Shown: positions 11,801 to 22,244 of the stretch, in pieces
Layout: each line of letters begins with the position of its first letter
Position numbering within the stretch: position 1 is the first letter of the stretch
From: Macrostomum lignano
Lineage: Eukaryota
DNA: 64,000 bases
NCBI GenBank assembly: GCA_002269645.1
Contig: NIVC01000006.1
Location: 62,001 to 126,000, forward strand
Direction of reading: 5' to 3'
The notes under the pieces: generated by a model
Database searches by the model: none
What the model was told of the DNA's origin: nothing
Seen by the model: the letters and a program-made list of their open reading frames with translations, nothing else
Made by a program: the position numbers and the translations under genes

Positions 11801-14800
11801 TTGAGTAGGGGATTGAGTAGGGGATTGAGTAGGGGATTGAGTAGGGGATTGAGTAGGGGCTTGAGTAGGGGCTTGAGTAGGGGTTGAGTAGGGGTTGAGT
11901 AGGGGTTGAGTAGGGGATTGAGTAGGGGATTGAGTAGGGGATTGAGTAGGGGATTGAGTAGGGGCTTGAGTAGGGGTTGAGTAGGGGTTGAGTAGGGGTT
12001 GAGTAGGGGATTGAGTAGGGGATTGAGTAGGGGGTTGAGTAGGGGTTGAGTAGGGGATTGAGTAGGGGATTGAGTAGGGATTGAGTAGGGGGTTGAGTAG
12101 GGGTTGAGTAGGGGGTTGAGTAGGGGTTGAGTAGGGGCTGAGTAGGGTATTGAGTAGGGGATTGAGTAGGGGATTGAGTAGGGGATTGAGTAGTGGGTTG
12201 AGTAGGGGTTGAGTAGGGGTTGAGTAGGCGACTATTGAAGTAAATGGAGTTTGACGAACTGTTGGATAACGGAGTTGGGAAACTATAAAAATCTGAGGAA
12301 TTATACAGTTCATCGATAAAAAAATCGGGTACAGTGTGGGGATGCAGTGTCTCACCCTGTTGCAGCACTGTGTGCTCCGGCCGCCACAGCAGCAGCAGCA
12401 ATGCGAGACTGCTGTAGCTATCGAAGCGACGCTGCCGGCAATACTCGACGCCGGTTTGACTTGCCGGTTGCCATGGTAACCAGTGTGATGAGGATGTCGG
12501 TGCAGCTGATGGCAGTTAAGGCCGCCGCTCAGGTCTATCGCTTCAGTCTGTTGCGTGTTAATAGCTTGCGACTCAAAGTTAAAGAAGGCACTCTCAAGCG
12601 TTGTTAATAAAATATATTAGTAAGTTAGCATCCGATGGCGCTACAAAGTTATGCTATGGCATTATGATTAAACTCACACTTGAGGTGGCTGCACCTCGAC
12701 GGGTGCAGGCCTCGCCTCTGGCTACGACTTCGGAGCCTTGGACAAGCGCTGGCCAGGTGTAGTGAGCGACCAGCGGCGCAGCGAACTCGGAATCGTACGT
12801 GCGGCGGTACCTGGCAATTATTTTTATTGCTGTTCTCTTGCTGGATTAAAAGCCGCAACCGGGCTCAACGAATGACGGGAGCTCAGACCGAGAGACAGGG
12901 GCGCCCACCCCCAGAGGAACAAAGTGCGCCCACTAGGAGACAAGGGCCCCCCAACAAGAAACAGGGGGCGCCATCAAAAGACAGGGGCGCCCATCAGAAG
13001 ACGAAGGGCGCCCACCAAGAGACAGGGGCGCGCACTAAGAGACAGGGGCGCCCACCAAGAGACAGGGGTGCCCACCCAAGAGACAGGGGCGCCCACCAAG
13101 AAACAGGGGCGCCCACCAAGAGACAGGGGCGCCCACCAAGAGACAGGGGCGCCCACCAAGAGACAGGGGCTCCCACTTAGAGACAGGGGCGCCCACCAAG
13201 AGACAGGGGCTCCCACCAAGAGACAGGGGCTCCCACCAAGAGACAGGGGCACCCACCAAGAGACAGGGGCTCCCACCAAGAGACAGGGGCTCCCACCAAG
13301 AGACAGGGGCGCCCACCAAGAGACAGGGGCGCCCACCAAGAGACAGGGGCGCCCACCAAGAGACAGGGGCTCCCACCAAGAGACAGGGGCGCCCACTAAG
13401 AGACAGGGGCGCCCACTAAGAGACAGGGGCGCCCACCAAGAGACAGGGGCGCCCACCAAGAGACAGGGGCGCCCACCAAGAGACAGGGGCTCCCACCAAG
13501 AGACAGGGGCTCCCACCAAGAGACAGGGGCGCCCACCAAGAGACAGGGGCGCCCACTAAGAGACAGGGGCGCCCACTAAGAGACAGGGGCGCCCACCAAG
13601 AGACAGGGGCGCCCACCAAGAGACAGGGGCTCCCAAGTGATCCAGGTGATGGAGCATCGAAGACGGAAGTGCTGATGAAGAACAAAAACAAACTCTCTTT
13701 GAAGCGCACCTTTACTCAATATTTTATAACTCACTTCTTCTCGTCGAATACTTCGCCATCTCGACACCAGGCCAATTCTAGCGGCTGCGCCAGGGTGGCC
13801 ATCTCCCAGGCTAGCTGACAGGCAGCTCGAATGAAGGGACCGATGACGTCATAGCTGATTCCGGGCGGCAGGTAAAGCCGGTTGTCTCGCGTTAGGGCCC
13901 GAATGACGTCCTTGAAATTCGATGTTAGGACAGTGAGAGAACTTAATTAAAAGAATAAATTCTGTGTTTTTCATTGGAGAACTTCAGTAACTCTGTTTTG
14001 GGATTTGACCCTCCCTTTTAGGACCCTTTTGGGATGTTAAGATGTCAAGACTCATGGGGCTCATAGTGGATGCTGATATCTTAGGCTAGATCCCTGGCTT
14101 TCAGGGTGAATGCTTTTCTGCCTCACAGATGGAGTAATTTTTAGAGGCCAATTTCCTGCAAAAATACACAGCGGAGATGGAAAAACTTTTTTACCACAGA
14201 ATCAATTATTGTATTTGATCTGTGGGGCAGTGAAGATTAACCATTCAAAAGTTGTAAACAAAACTTTCTGTGTTGTTCCTTCTTCAATCAAGAATATTTG
14301 TAATAAAAATGTTAAATTCGGGTACTCTTAGGCTATTATTGTTATTGTAGGTATGCTTAAAATCCAATGCATGCAGTTCCTACATACATGCATAATTCTG
14401 CAATCATTGATTATTTGATCCTATCTTCGCAGTCTATTTTTGCCAGGAAATCGGCCTCCAAAAAAGTCCAGAAGATTTACCTCAGTCATGCCCTGCAGAT
14501 CCTCCGGCTGGTGATGGCAGTTGATGAAGTCTTGCACAGCCTCATCTAGACTAGCCGGCCCCGTGTGGCTCAGCAACAGTTGGGTTCGAACCCGGGACTT
14601 GTACTCGCGGAAAGTCAACTTGGCTAGTGAAAATGCTTCCTGCCATAGTTTCATGTGTTTTATCTGGCTAGCAGTTGTAGAAAAACTGAATTGAAGTGTT
14701 TAATTAATTAGTCCTGTTCTACCTGAACTGTCGCGCGAATTATTCTTTCATTGTTCTCCTCGTCGTCATAGCAACGACGCAGCGCGTCGCTCGCTTCGCG

Positions 14801-15984
14801 CCTGGCTGACCCAGCCAGATCCAGGTAGCGGGCTATCAGTGCCTGGTTTAAAAGTACAAAATTTTGGGAAATGTCTGCTTGCTTAAAAAATGGTAGTTCT
14901 GGCTCCTTCATTCTGCTCATAGCATTAACCAGACATTCTGCTCATAGAATTTAACCAGACATTCTGCTCATAGAATTTAACCAGACATTCTGCTCATGGC
15001 ATTTAACCAGACATTCTGCTCATAGCATTTAACCAGACATTCTGCTCATGGCATTTAACCAGACATTCTGCTCATAGCATTTAACCAGACATTCTGCTCA
15101 TAGCATTTAACCAGACATTCTGCTCATAGCATTTAACCAGACATTCTACTCATAGCATTTAACCAGACATTCTGCTCATAGCATTTAACCAGACATTCTG
15201 CTCATAGCATTTAACCAGACATTCTGCTCATGGCATTTAACCAGACATTCTGCTCATAGCATTTAACCAGACATTCTGCTCATAGCATTTAACCAGACAT
15301 TCTGCTCATAGCATTTAACCAGACATTCTACTCATAGCATTTAACCAGACATTCTGCTCATAGCATTAAACAGATATTCTGCTCATATCATTTAACCAGA
15401 CATTCTGCTCATAGCATTAACCAGACATTCTGCTCATAGCATTAACCAGACATTCTGCTCATAGCATTAACCAGACATTCTGCTCATAGCATTTAACCAG
15501 ACATTCTGCTCATAGCATTAACCAGACATTCTGCTCATAGCATAAAACAGACATTCTGCTCATAGCATTTAACCAGACATTCTGCTCATAGCATGAAACA
15601 GATATTCTGCTCATATCATTTAACCAGACATTCTGCTCATATCATTTAACCAGACATTCTGCTCATAGCATTAACCAGACATTCTGCTCATAGCATGAAA
15701 CAGACATTCTGCTCATAGCATTTAACCAGACATTCTGCTCATAGCATTTAACCAGACATTCTACTCATACATAGCATTAGCCTGAATTCTGCTCATAGCA
15801 TTAGCCAGTCAGCTCTTTCCTGACCTTTCACTGAAGCATCCAGCGACATTTTCTCACCTGTCGACGCGACCGGAGCAGCGGATCCGCCTGGGACAGCGGC
15901 GACACCTCAGGCGGAGGTCCGTGCAGCCCCGCCAGGTGCCCGCTGATGGACCTGGCCAACCGGCCGTCCGTTGGCGTCAACGGA

Positions 15985-16021
<37 letters not shown>

Positions 16022-18961
16022 ACATCGGCGGCGGAGCGAAGTAGTCAGGATAGCCGCAACCCCCAGGGCCTGGCAGCCTTAGCGGCGGCGGCGGCGGCGG
16101 CGGAGGCAGCGGCGCGGGGCCGTACAGCCTGGCGTGAAGGTCGTCGATTTCGCCTCGAAGTAGGCGAACTCGGCGATCATAGTCGTCTACTAATTCGGCT
16201 CGGCTCTGAAGGCGACTGCGGTCCGCCTCGGCCTCGGACAGTCTGGCGTTCGGATGATGGAGTGACAGCTGGTGGAGTGACAGCTGGTGGAGTGACAGCT
16301 GGTGGAGTGACAGCTGCTGGAGTGACAGCTGCTGGAGTGACAGCTGGTGGAGTGACAGATATGAGACAGAAGACAGCTGGCAGAGTGACAGATGAGAGAC
16401 AGCTGGCAGAGTGACAGTTGAGAGACAGCTGGCAGAGTGACAGATGAGAGACAGCTGGCAGAGTGGCAGTTGAGAGACAGCTGGCAGAGTGACAGGTGAG
16501 AGACAGCTGGCCGGGTGACAGGTGAGAGACAGCTGGGCCGGGTGAAAACTTACCTCTGCCGTAGTTGGCGCAGCTCGGCCTCGTCGAACATCTTCTCGCT
16601 GGCGGAGGCCCTGCCCTGCCGCTCCAGCTCCTGTCGGGTGCTCTCCAGTCTGGAATCTGCGCGCGATGCAAAATATAAAATTCAATATAAAGCTGACCTA
16701 TCGAAAAAAATATTTCATTTCAAAGAGTCAATTGAAGCATTTAAATATCAGGCGGAGCTGCTCGGGTATTTGCCAGCACAGGAAGCGGTGAGCAGCATTC
16801 TAAGAAACGGGACTGCAGCCCGACTCGACAGAGCGGAATAAATACTTCTCATTGCCAATCCGACTCAGCCCTCAGCTGGGCCATCCGGCAGCGCTGCGCA
16901 ATAAAATTTCTACTGCATGAAAAACTGTCTTCCTGTGTACCCTGCTTGGCCGCGAAGAACTTGGCGATGCTGAATATTGGTCTGCCTGTCCTTATAAAAC
17001 TGCGCTTAATTATAAACTCAGCCACCTTTGCAGTTCTGTTTTCATTGCTAGTTTAACATAAAACTCTGTGTTTTCATTAACAATAAGTATGGTGCTGCCG
17101 CCCTTGGTGCTGGTGCTCCTGGTGCTAAAGCCCCTTGCTGCTAAAGCCCCTGGTGCTAAAGCCCCTTGCTGCTAAAGCCCCTGGTGCTAAAGCCCCTTGC
17201 TGCTAAAGCCCCTGTGCTAAAGCTCCTTGCTGCTAAAGCCCCTGTGCTAAAGCTCCTTGCTGCTAAAGCTCCTGGTGCTAAAGCCCCTTGCTGCTAAAGC
17301 CCCTGGTGCTAAAGCCCCTGGTGCTAAATCCCCTGGTGCTAAAGCCCCTGGTGCTAAGGCCCCTGGTGCTAAAGCCCCTGATGCTAAAGCCCCTGGTGCT
17401 AAAGCCCCTGGTGCTAAAGCCCCTGGTGCTAAAGCCCCTGGTGCTAAAGCCCCTGGTGCTAAAGCCCCTGGTGCTAAAGCCCCTGGTGCTAAAGCCCCTG
17501 GTACTAATTAAAGCCCTTGGTTTTAAAATAGTGCTCCCGATTTTTTCCGCCATAGACAAAAGCTCAGAGCCAATGAAAACCTGGACATCGTACTTGACTA
17601 GACGCTATGAGTTTATCAAAAATTGAAATTGACATTTATGAATAATTTCTAAACAGATGACCAAATTAAATTACATTAAGAGTGGCCTATACACATGTAA
17701 TGTTTTTTAGTATGTCTACATGTACATGACATCGGTTCCAGGAGGTTCGCTGTTTCTGCTGACATAAACTCACTCAGCTTTGATGTCTTCATTCTCGGCT
17801 CTGGACCGGCTCAAAGCTTCTTCTAGCTGGGCGAGCGACTCCTCGTACGAATTTTGCGTTTCGTTTGCTCGGCCCTCCTTGCTGACGGCGTCCTTGATGA
17901 CGCTTAAGGAGGCGTCGGAACTCAGGCCGCTGGCGAAGAAGCCCTGGCCCAGCAGCGGCAGCAGGCGGGACTTGATGCCCGCGGCGCCAGCTCCGTACAG
18001 TCGGCCTGTTGGTTCCCATTGGGGGATTGGGGTAAATTGGGGTAAATTAGTAGAAATTAGCTGGGGAAATCATGTGGACAATACCGGTATTTCTTCGAAA
18101 ATTAAAAAATTCTTATGCTTTTTAGCCTACTTGCAGTAGCTTAAGTTTTTTATGTTTTCTATCTATTAACTTCAGTAAATGTTTAATCTACTGCATGTGA
18201 GTCGCGACAAAGGCGAAAACAGGGTGCTAGCTGCTGTATATGGATGCGGGATTCCTGTATTACAAACCTTTTACTGACTGAACTTTAGAACACAAATTAA
18301 CAAAATTCATGTGCAGTTACTTATGGACGCCACAATTATGGACTAAAAAATGGTTAGGTTAAGTAATCGTTATATTTATTTGTAGCTCAACTAAACAGAG
18401 ATAAATTACCTTCCGACGCGCACAGACTGAGCAGTTTGAATAGCTGACCTTGAAGTCGAGCGTTCAGCTCGACAATTTCACAAGCTTTGGCCAGGTTTTC
18501 GTCAGCTGTATTTATCTTAAAATCGAAAATGCGCATAGTTAAGTAAATATATTTTCATGGTACATGTATGTACGAGTATAACATTGATCAATCTGTCTTT
18601 AAAACGGTTTGTATTTCTCAGTTACTGAAGTCTGAAGTGTCATTGACCAGTACATGTAAAGTACAACATGTACATTTAGTTAGTCAGCACAAGCCTGTTC
18701 CTGGCTAAGTCTAAGTTGGAAGCTTATCAATTAGCTTATCAAAGACAATCAATTAGCGAGCGCATCCTATGAAAACAGTGGAAAAGTTGTAGCGTGCATC
18801 CCTGAAGCAAAGTACTTCAAAACCTTAGCAAACGTTTTGTTTGGCATCGATTTTTTTCAAATTCACCACCTAACCTTGTACTCGTCACTCCATTTCTGCA
18901 GTTTCCCTTGAAGATGTGAGAAAGCACCGATTTCCACTAGACGTTGTAACGACTCTGACAT
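8857..18961 (-). CDS. SPATA18: Mitochondria-eating protein (Mieap/SPATA18) homolog, 13 exons, 698 aa
   Basis: Exons (minus): 18961-18875, 18515-18410, 18005-17774, 16649-16554, 16242-15858, 14842-14723, 14639-14481, 13910-13735, 12810-12678, 12547-12356, 11623-11384, 9857-9785, 8954-8857. All GT-AG, phases consistent, total 2097 nt. The translation has Mieap-like motifs [80 protein letters not shown] and GEACTRRG. The last four exons are less certain. Confidence 0.92.
8978..9760. repeat. Minisatellite, 20-bp unit GATAGATGGGGAAATAGGTA, Mieap intron 12
   Basis: Direct repetition filling the intron. Confidence 0.95.
9909..11370. repeat. Minisatellite, 22-bp unit ATAATCCCAGCTGTTGTTAACG (~66 copies), Mieap intron 11
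   Basis: Direct repetition filling the intron. Confidence 0.97.
11628..12228. repeat. Minisatellite, ~12-bp unit GAGTAGGGGATT, Mieap intron 10
   Basis: Direct repetition. Confidence 0.95.
12890..13636. repeat. Minisatellite, 20-bp unit GAGACAGGGGCGCCCACCAA, Mieap intron 8
   Basis: Direct repetition. Confidence 0.96.
14910..15805. repeat. Minisatellite, 26-bp unit CATAGCATTTAACCAGACATTCTGCT, Mieap intron 5
   Basis: Direct repetition. Confidence 0.96.
16258..16540. repeat. Compound minisatellite (15-bp GGAGTGACAGCTGGT then 26-bp GAGTGACAGATGAGAGACAGCTGGCA), Mieap intron 4
   Basis: Direct repetition. Confidence 0.9.
17105..17520. repeat. Minisatellite, 15-bp unit GCTAAAGCCCCTGGT, Mieap intron 3
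   Basis: Direct repetition. Confidence 0.95.
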
Positions 18962-19989
18962 GCTGTCGAAATAATATAAATAAATGAGTACTTAGACTTC
19001 TTAACACTGTCTATCACTCGAGAATATATATAGTTCGATAATGATATATTTGTAGATTTTTGCAAATAGACGCATAGAAGTTAGTGGTCCAATTGATATA
19101 TTCGTATAATATTTACCACCTGCCGTATCAAATTTAAGAATGAATATCTTAGATACGAGTTAAAACAAGCAAATTGCTTCCTATATACTTTAAATGTATT
19201 AAACAAAAATTTAAGATGTTCCTTGCTAAGAAGAAGCAACTTTTTAAAGTTTATTTTCTATACCTTGAATTTAGTTGATAGTAGTTTGAAAAAAGTTCAT
19301 ACAAATAAATGCATTGAGCAAAACATGTTTTGCATTTTAAATTCCTACTTTAGAACATTTTTATCTGATTTCGTAAATACGATTTTTTTACGCAAAGCAG
19401 ACAGAAAGTTTCACGGTATCTTGTAGAAATGCTTTATAAGCATTATTTCAAAGTGACTTCTATACCTTCCTTTTTAGATTAACACATTTTAAGTTCATTG
19501 GCAGAGCACCTATATGAGAATATTTTAAAAGATTCCTTCGGCTTCAATATAGGGCCTAGTATAGCCATAGGAGTATAGTCTAGCCTTTATACTATTTTAT
19601 TCAATTCTATTGGGTTATATAGAGCCTACATACGGATATTAATCCTTACTTGTATTGACAGTTTATCTGGCTCAACAGTAAAAGTACAGAGAAAACTGAG
19701 GGGCTCATGACTCATTCTCAAATCTTTAGTTTTGCTGCTGTGAAATAAAAGTAAGAATACGCCTAACCCTCTATGTCTATTGTCTAGCGTCTATGTTCAG
19801 ACAAACCTTAAATAGGATGAAAAAATTGGGATCAGCCGATCAGGATCTGCAACTAAAAAACGTGATCAAGTGATTCAGGTCAAATCATGAGGCCTATATC
19901 TTTGAATTAGGCCCCTAGTTGTCTTTAAATAGGTCTTTGTCTTTAAAAGTTTAGTTGTCAGTATTTAAAGGCTGGGCCCCTAGTATCAA

Positions 19990-21190
19990 TTTTTAAAGGA
20001 AGTGCTTATTCCTATGGTCCCATGCTGATAATTCCATTTTTAGGCCTATCCACATGGATCTATGACTAGGCCCTATGTTGATAATTTTTAGCTTATCCCC
20101 ATGGCTAAGCTTGTGCAGTTGTTTGTGTTTAGTTTGTATAGGCCTACTAATGTTAAATGCTGCTACAATATTAGTCTTTTTATTGTAATGTTTATAACAT
20201 AGGCCTAGCTTAAAGTAATTGTTAATTTGTTACTTCAATGTTGTGTGACTTTTTGTTGAAAGTCATAAAAAGTCTATGACAATGTCATTTTAACACCTTA
20301 TTAACTCTCTAGGCCCTATTCAAAATTGATATATCATTATTATTAAATATCAAATTTTGGATTTTGCAAGTCTCATTTGCCTCAATCTTAGGGTCATTCA
20401 GTTCTAAGCAAAGCCAACAACTAAACAAATATTTAATATTAACCCTTTTAACAACAAAAAAGTTTCAACAAAGACAAAGTATTCAATACTATTTAATATT
20501 CAGTAGTTTATTTGGAAAATGTATAAAATAGTAAAAACAAAAAGATAGTTTTTGGAAGCAATTTTTTAGAATATTTGAACATTTAATTAAATATATCTTA
20601 TAGAGTCATATGGATATGATGACTCATGACAAACACTTAATGAAAAACAAAATAATATATTTTTTATTAACATAAAATTATTATAATATGCTAATAAATT
20701 ATATATAAATACCAGACTCAGAAGGACCTTTAGGGTCTTTGAACAGATTCATACATGCGCAACAGTCGGCCGAGTCGGCCGATCCGGCCGACCGATTTGG
20801 CGGCCAATCAAGGAAGTCGCAAAAATGCCCACCCAAAAAATAACCTGAAGAGTAGTACTAAGTAGCTGACGAGGCATTTTAGCTTAATAAAACAGTTATA
20901 GTTACTCCTGCCGTTTACCCAAAGTTGCGTTAATTTTGCTTTCGGGTTTTTTTATATGTAAGTCGCATTTTTGGCCAAAAACTACGTCGCATTTTTGTTA
21001 AAACTAAGTCGCACGGCTGACCGAATTTTGGAGGTTGCACATGTATGAACAGATTCATTTTAAGGTTCTCTATTCCAATAAGCTGCTATAGGGATAAGCT
21101 AAAAATTATTAACATAGATCTATGTGAATTGAATAGAATTATAATTATTGGCACAGAACCATGGGGATAAACACTTCCATTTTTTAAATC
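19990..21190. mobile_element. Degenerate TIR element: ~110-bp diverged inverted repeats at 19990-20104 and 21085-21190
   Basis: Shared motifs GGAAGTG.TTAT.CC.ATGG, GATCTATG and ATAATTTTTAGCTTATCCC in opposite orientation; no TSD resolved. Confidence 0.5.
20750..21046. mobile_element. MITE (297 bp), TIR CATACATGYGCAAC, 8-bp TSD AACAGATT (P- or hAT-like)
   Basis: TIRs at 20750-20763 and 21033-21046 (1 mismatch); AACAGATT at 20742-20749 and 21047-21054. Confidence 0.85.
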
Positions 21191-21307
21191 TATCATACAT
21201 TCACATAGATAAATATATACCTATAACCAAACCATTTTTAGCATATGGTTTGTTTAAAAAACTTGTATATACTAAAGACTTGATAGATATGATGCTCACA
21301 TAAAAAG

Positions 21308-21808
21308 GGGTTGCTTTTACAAACACAAAATTTCACAACTGCTAAATCATCTACTTTCATAAATGCAAAACTTCATAACCACAAAACTTGACAACACTAA
21401 AAATTTTGTTGTCACTTTCATAACACAAAACTTCACAACCATGAAACTTCACAACTGCTAAATCACCTATTTTCATAAGTGCAGAACTTCACAAATGCAA
21501 AACTTTACAACTGCAAAACTTCATAGCCACTAAAAAGACTGCTGTATATAAAAATAAATGCAAAAATTTAGCAGTTGTAAAGTTTTGCGGTTATGAAGTT
21601 TTGCAGTTGTAAAGTAGATGACATTTAGCAGTTGTCAAGTTTCACATTTGTGAAGCTTTGTAGTTGTAAAGTTTCACATTTGTGAAAGTGACTGCAAAAA
21701 TTTTTGCAGTTGTAAAGTTTTGTATTTATGAAATTTAGTGCTTATGAAAGTAGGTGATTTAGCAGTTGTGAAGTTTCATATTTGTAAAATTTTGCATTTA
21801 TGAAACCT
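21308..21808. mobile_element. Small foldback-like element: inverted arrays of degenerate AAAACTTCACAACTGC repeats
   Basis: Left half has forward units and right half reverse-complement units, including the shared longer motif CACAACTGCTAAATCA.CTA.TTTCATAA; no TSD found. Confidence 0.6.
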
Positions 21809-22244
21809 ATGCATATTTGAAAGTTATAAAAGCCTCATTGAAGCCAAGCTCCAGAAAGTTAACTTGTATGTCAAAAATTTCTAGCATACAAATGACCTCT
21901 TTCAAAGTTTCTATACATATTTTTGCATACAAATTCATGCCAATTTTTGGTGTACAATTTTTGTATGCAAAAAATATACAAGTTTTAGAGTGCACATATA
22001 TTTAGCAATAAAATCAAGAGTAATTGCTAAAAACTGTACATGTAGCTGCTCTAAAGCTAAATAAGTGGTTTATATTAGCTACACCATGTTTATGTATATC
22101 CACAGCTACCATGGAAACCTCTATGGCTGTAGGCTGTCAATAAACAGCTCACGATTTGAAATTGCAGAAATGCCAGGCTAATATCAATCGCCAACAGAAC
22201 TGCTCAACTGTCAGCTCCCTGAGCCAATCAGCAGTTAGCGCACC

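Larger units (their letters stand above)
18962..22244. promoter_or_regulatory. Divergent intergenic region between Mieap and KMT2C/D start codons (3.28 kb)
   Basis: Inferred from head-to-head ATGs at 18961 (-) and 22245 (+); no specific core promoter motif identified. Confidence 0.5.
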
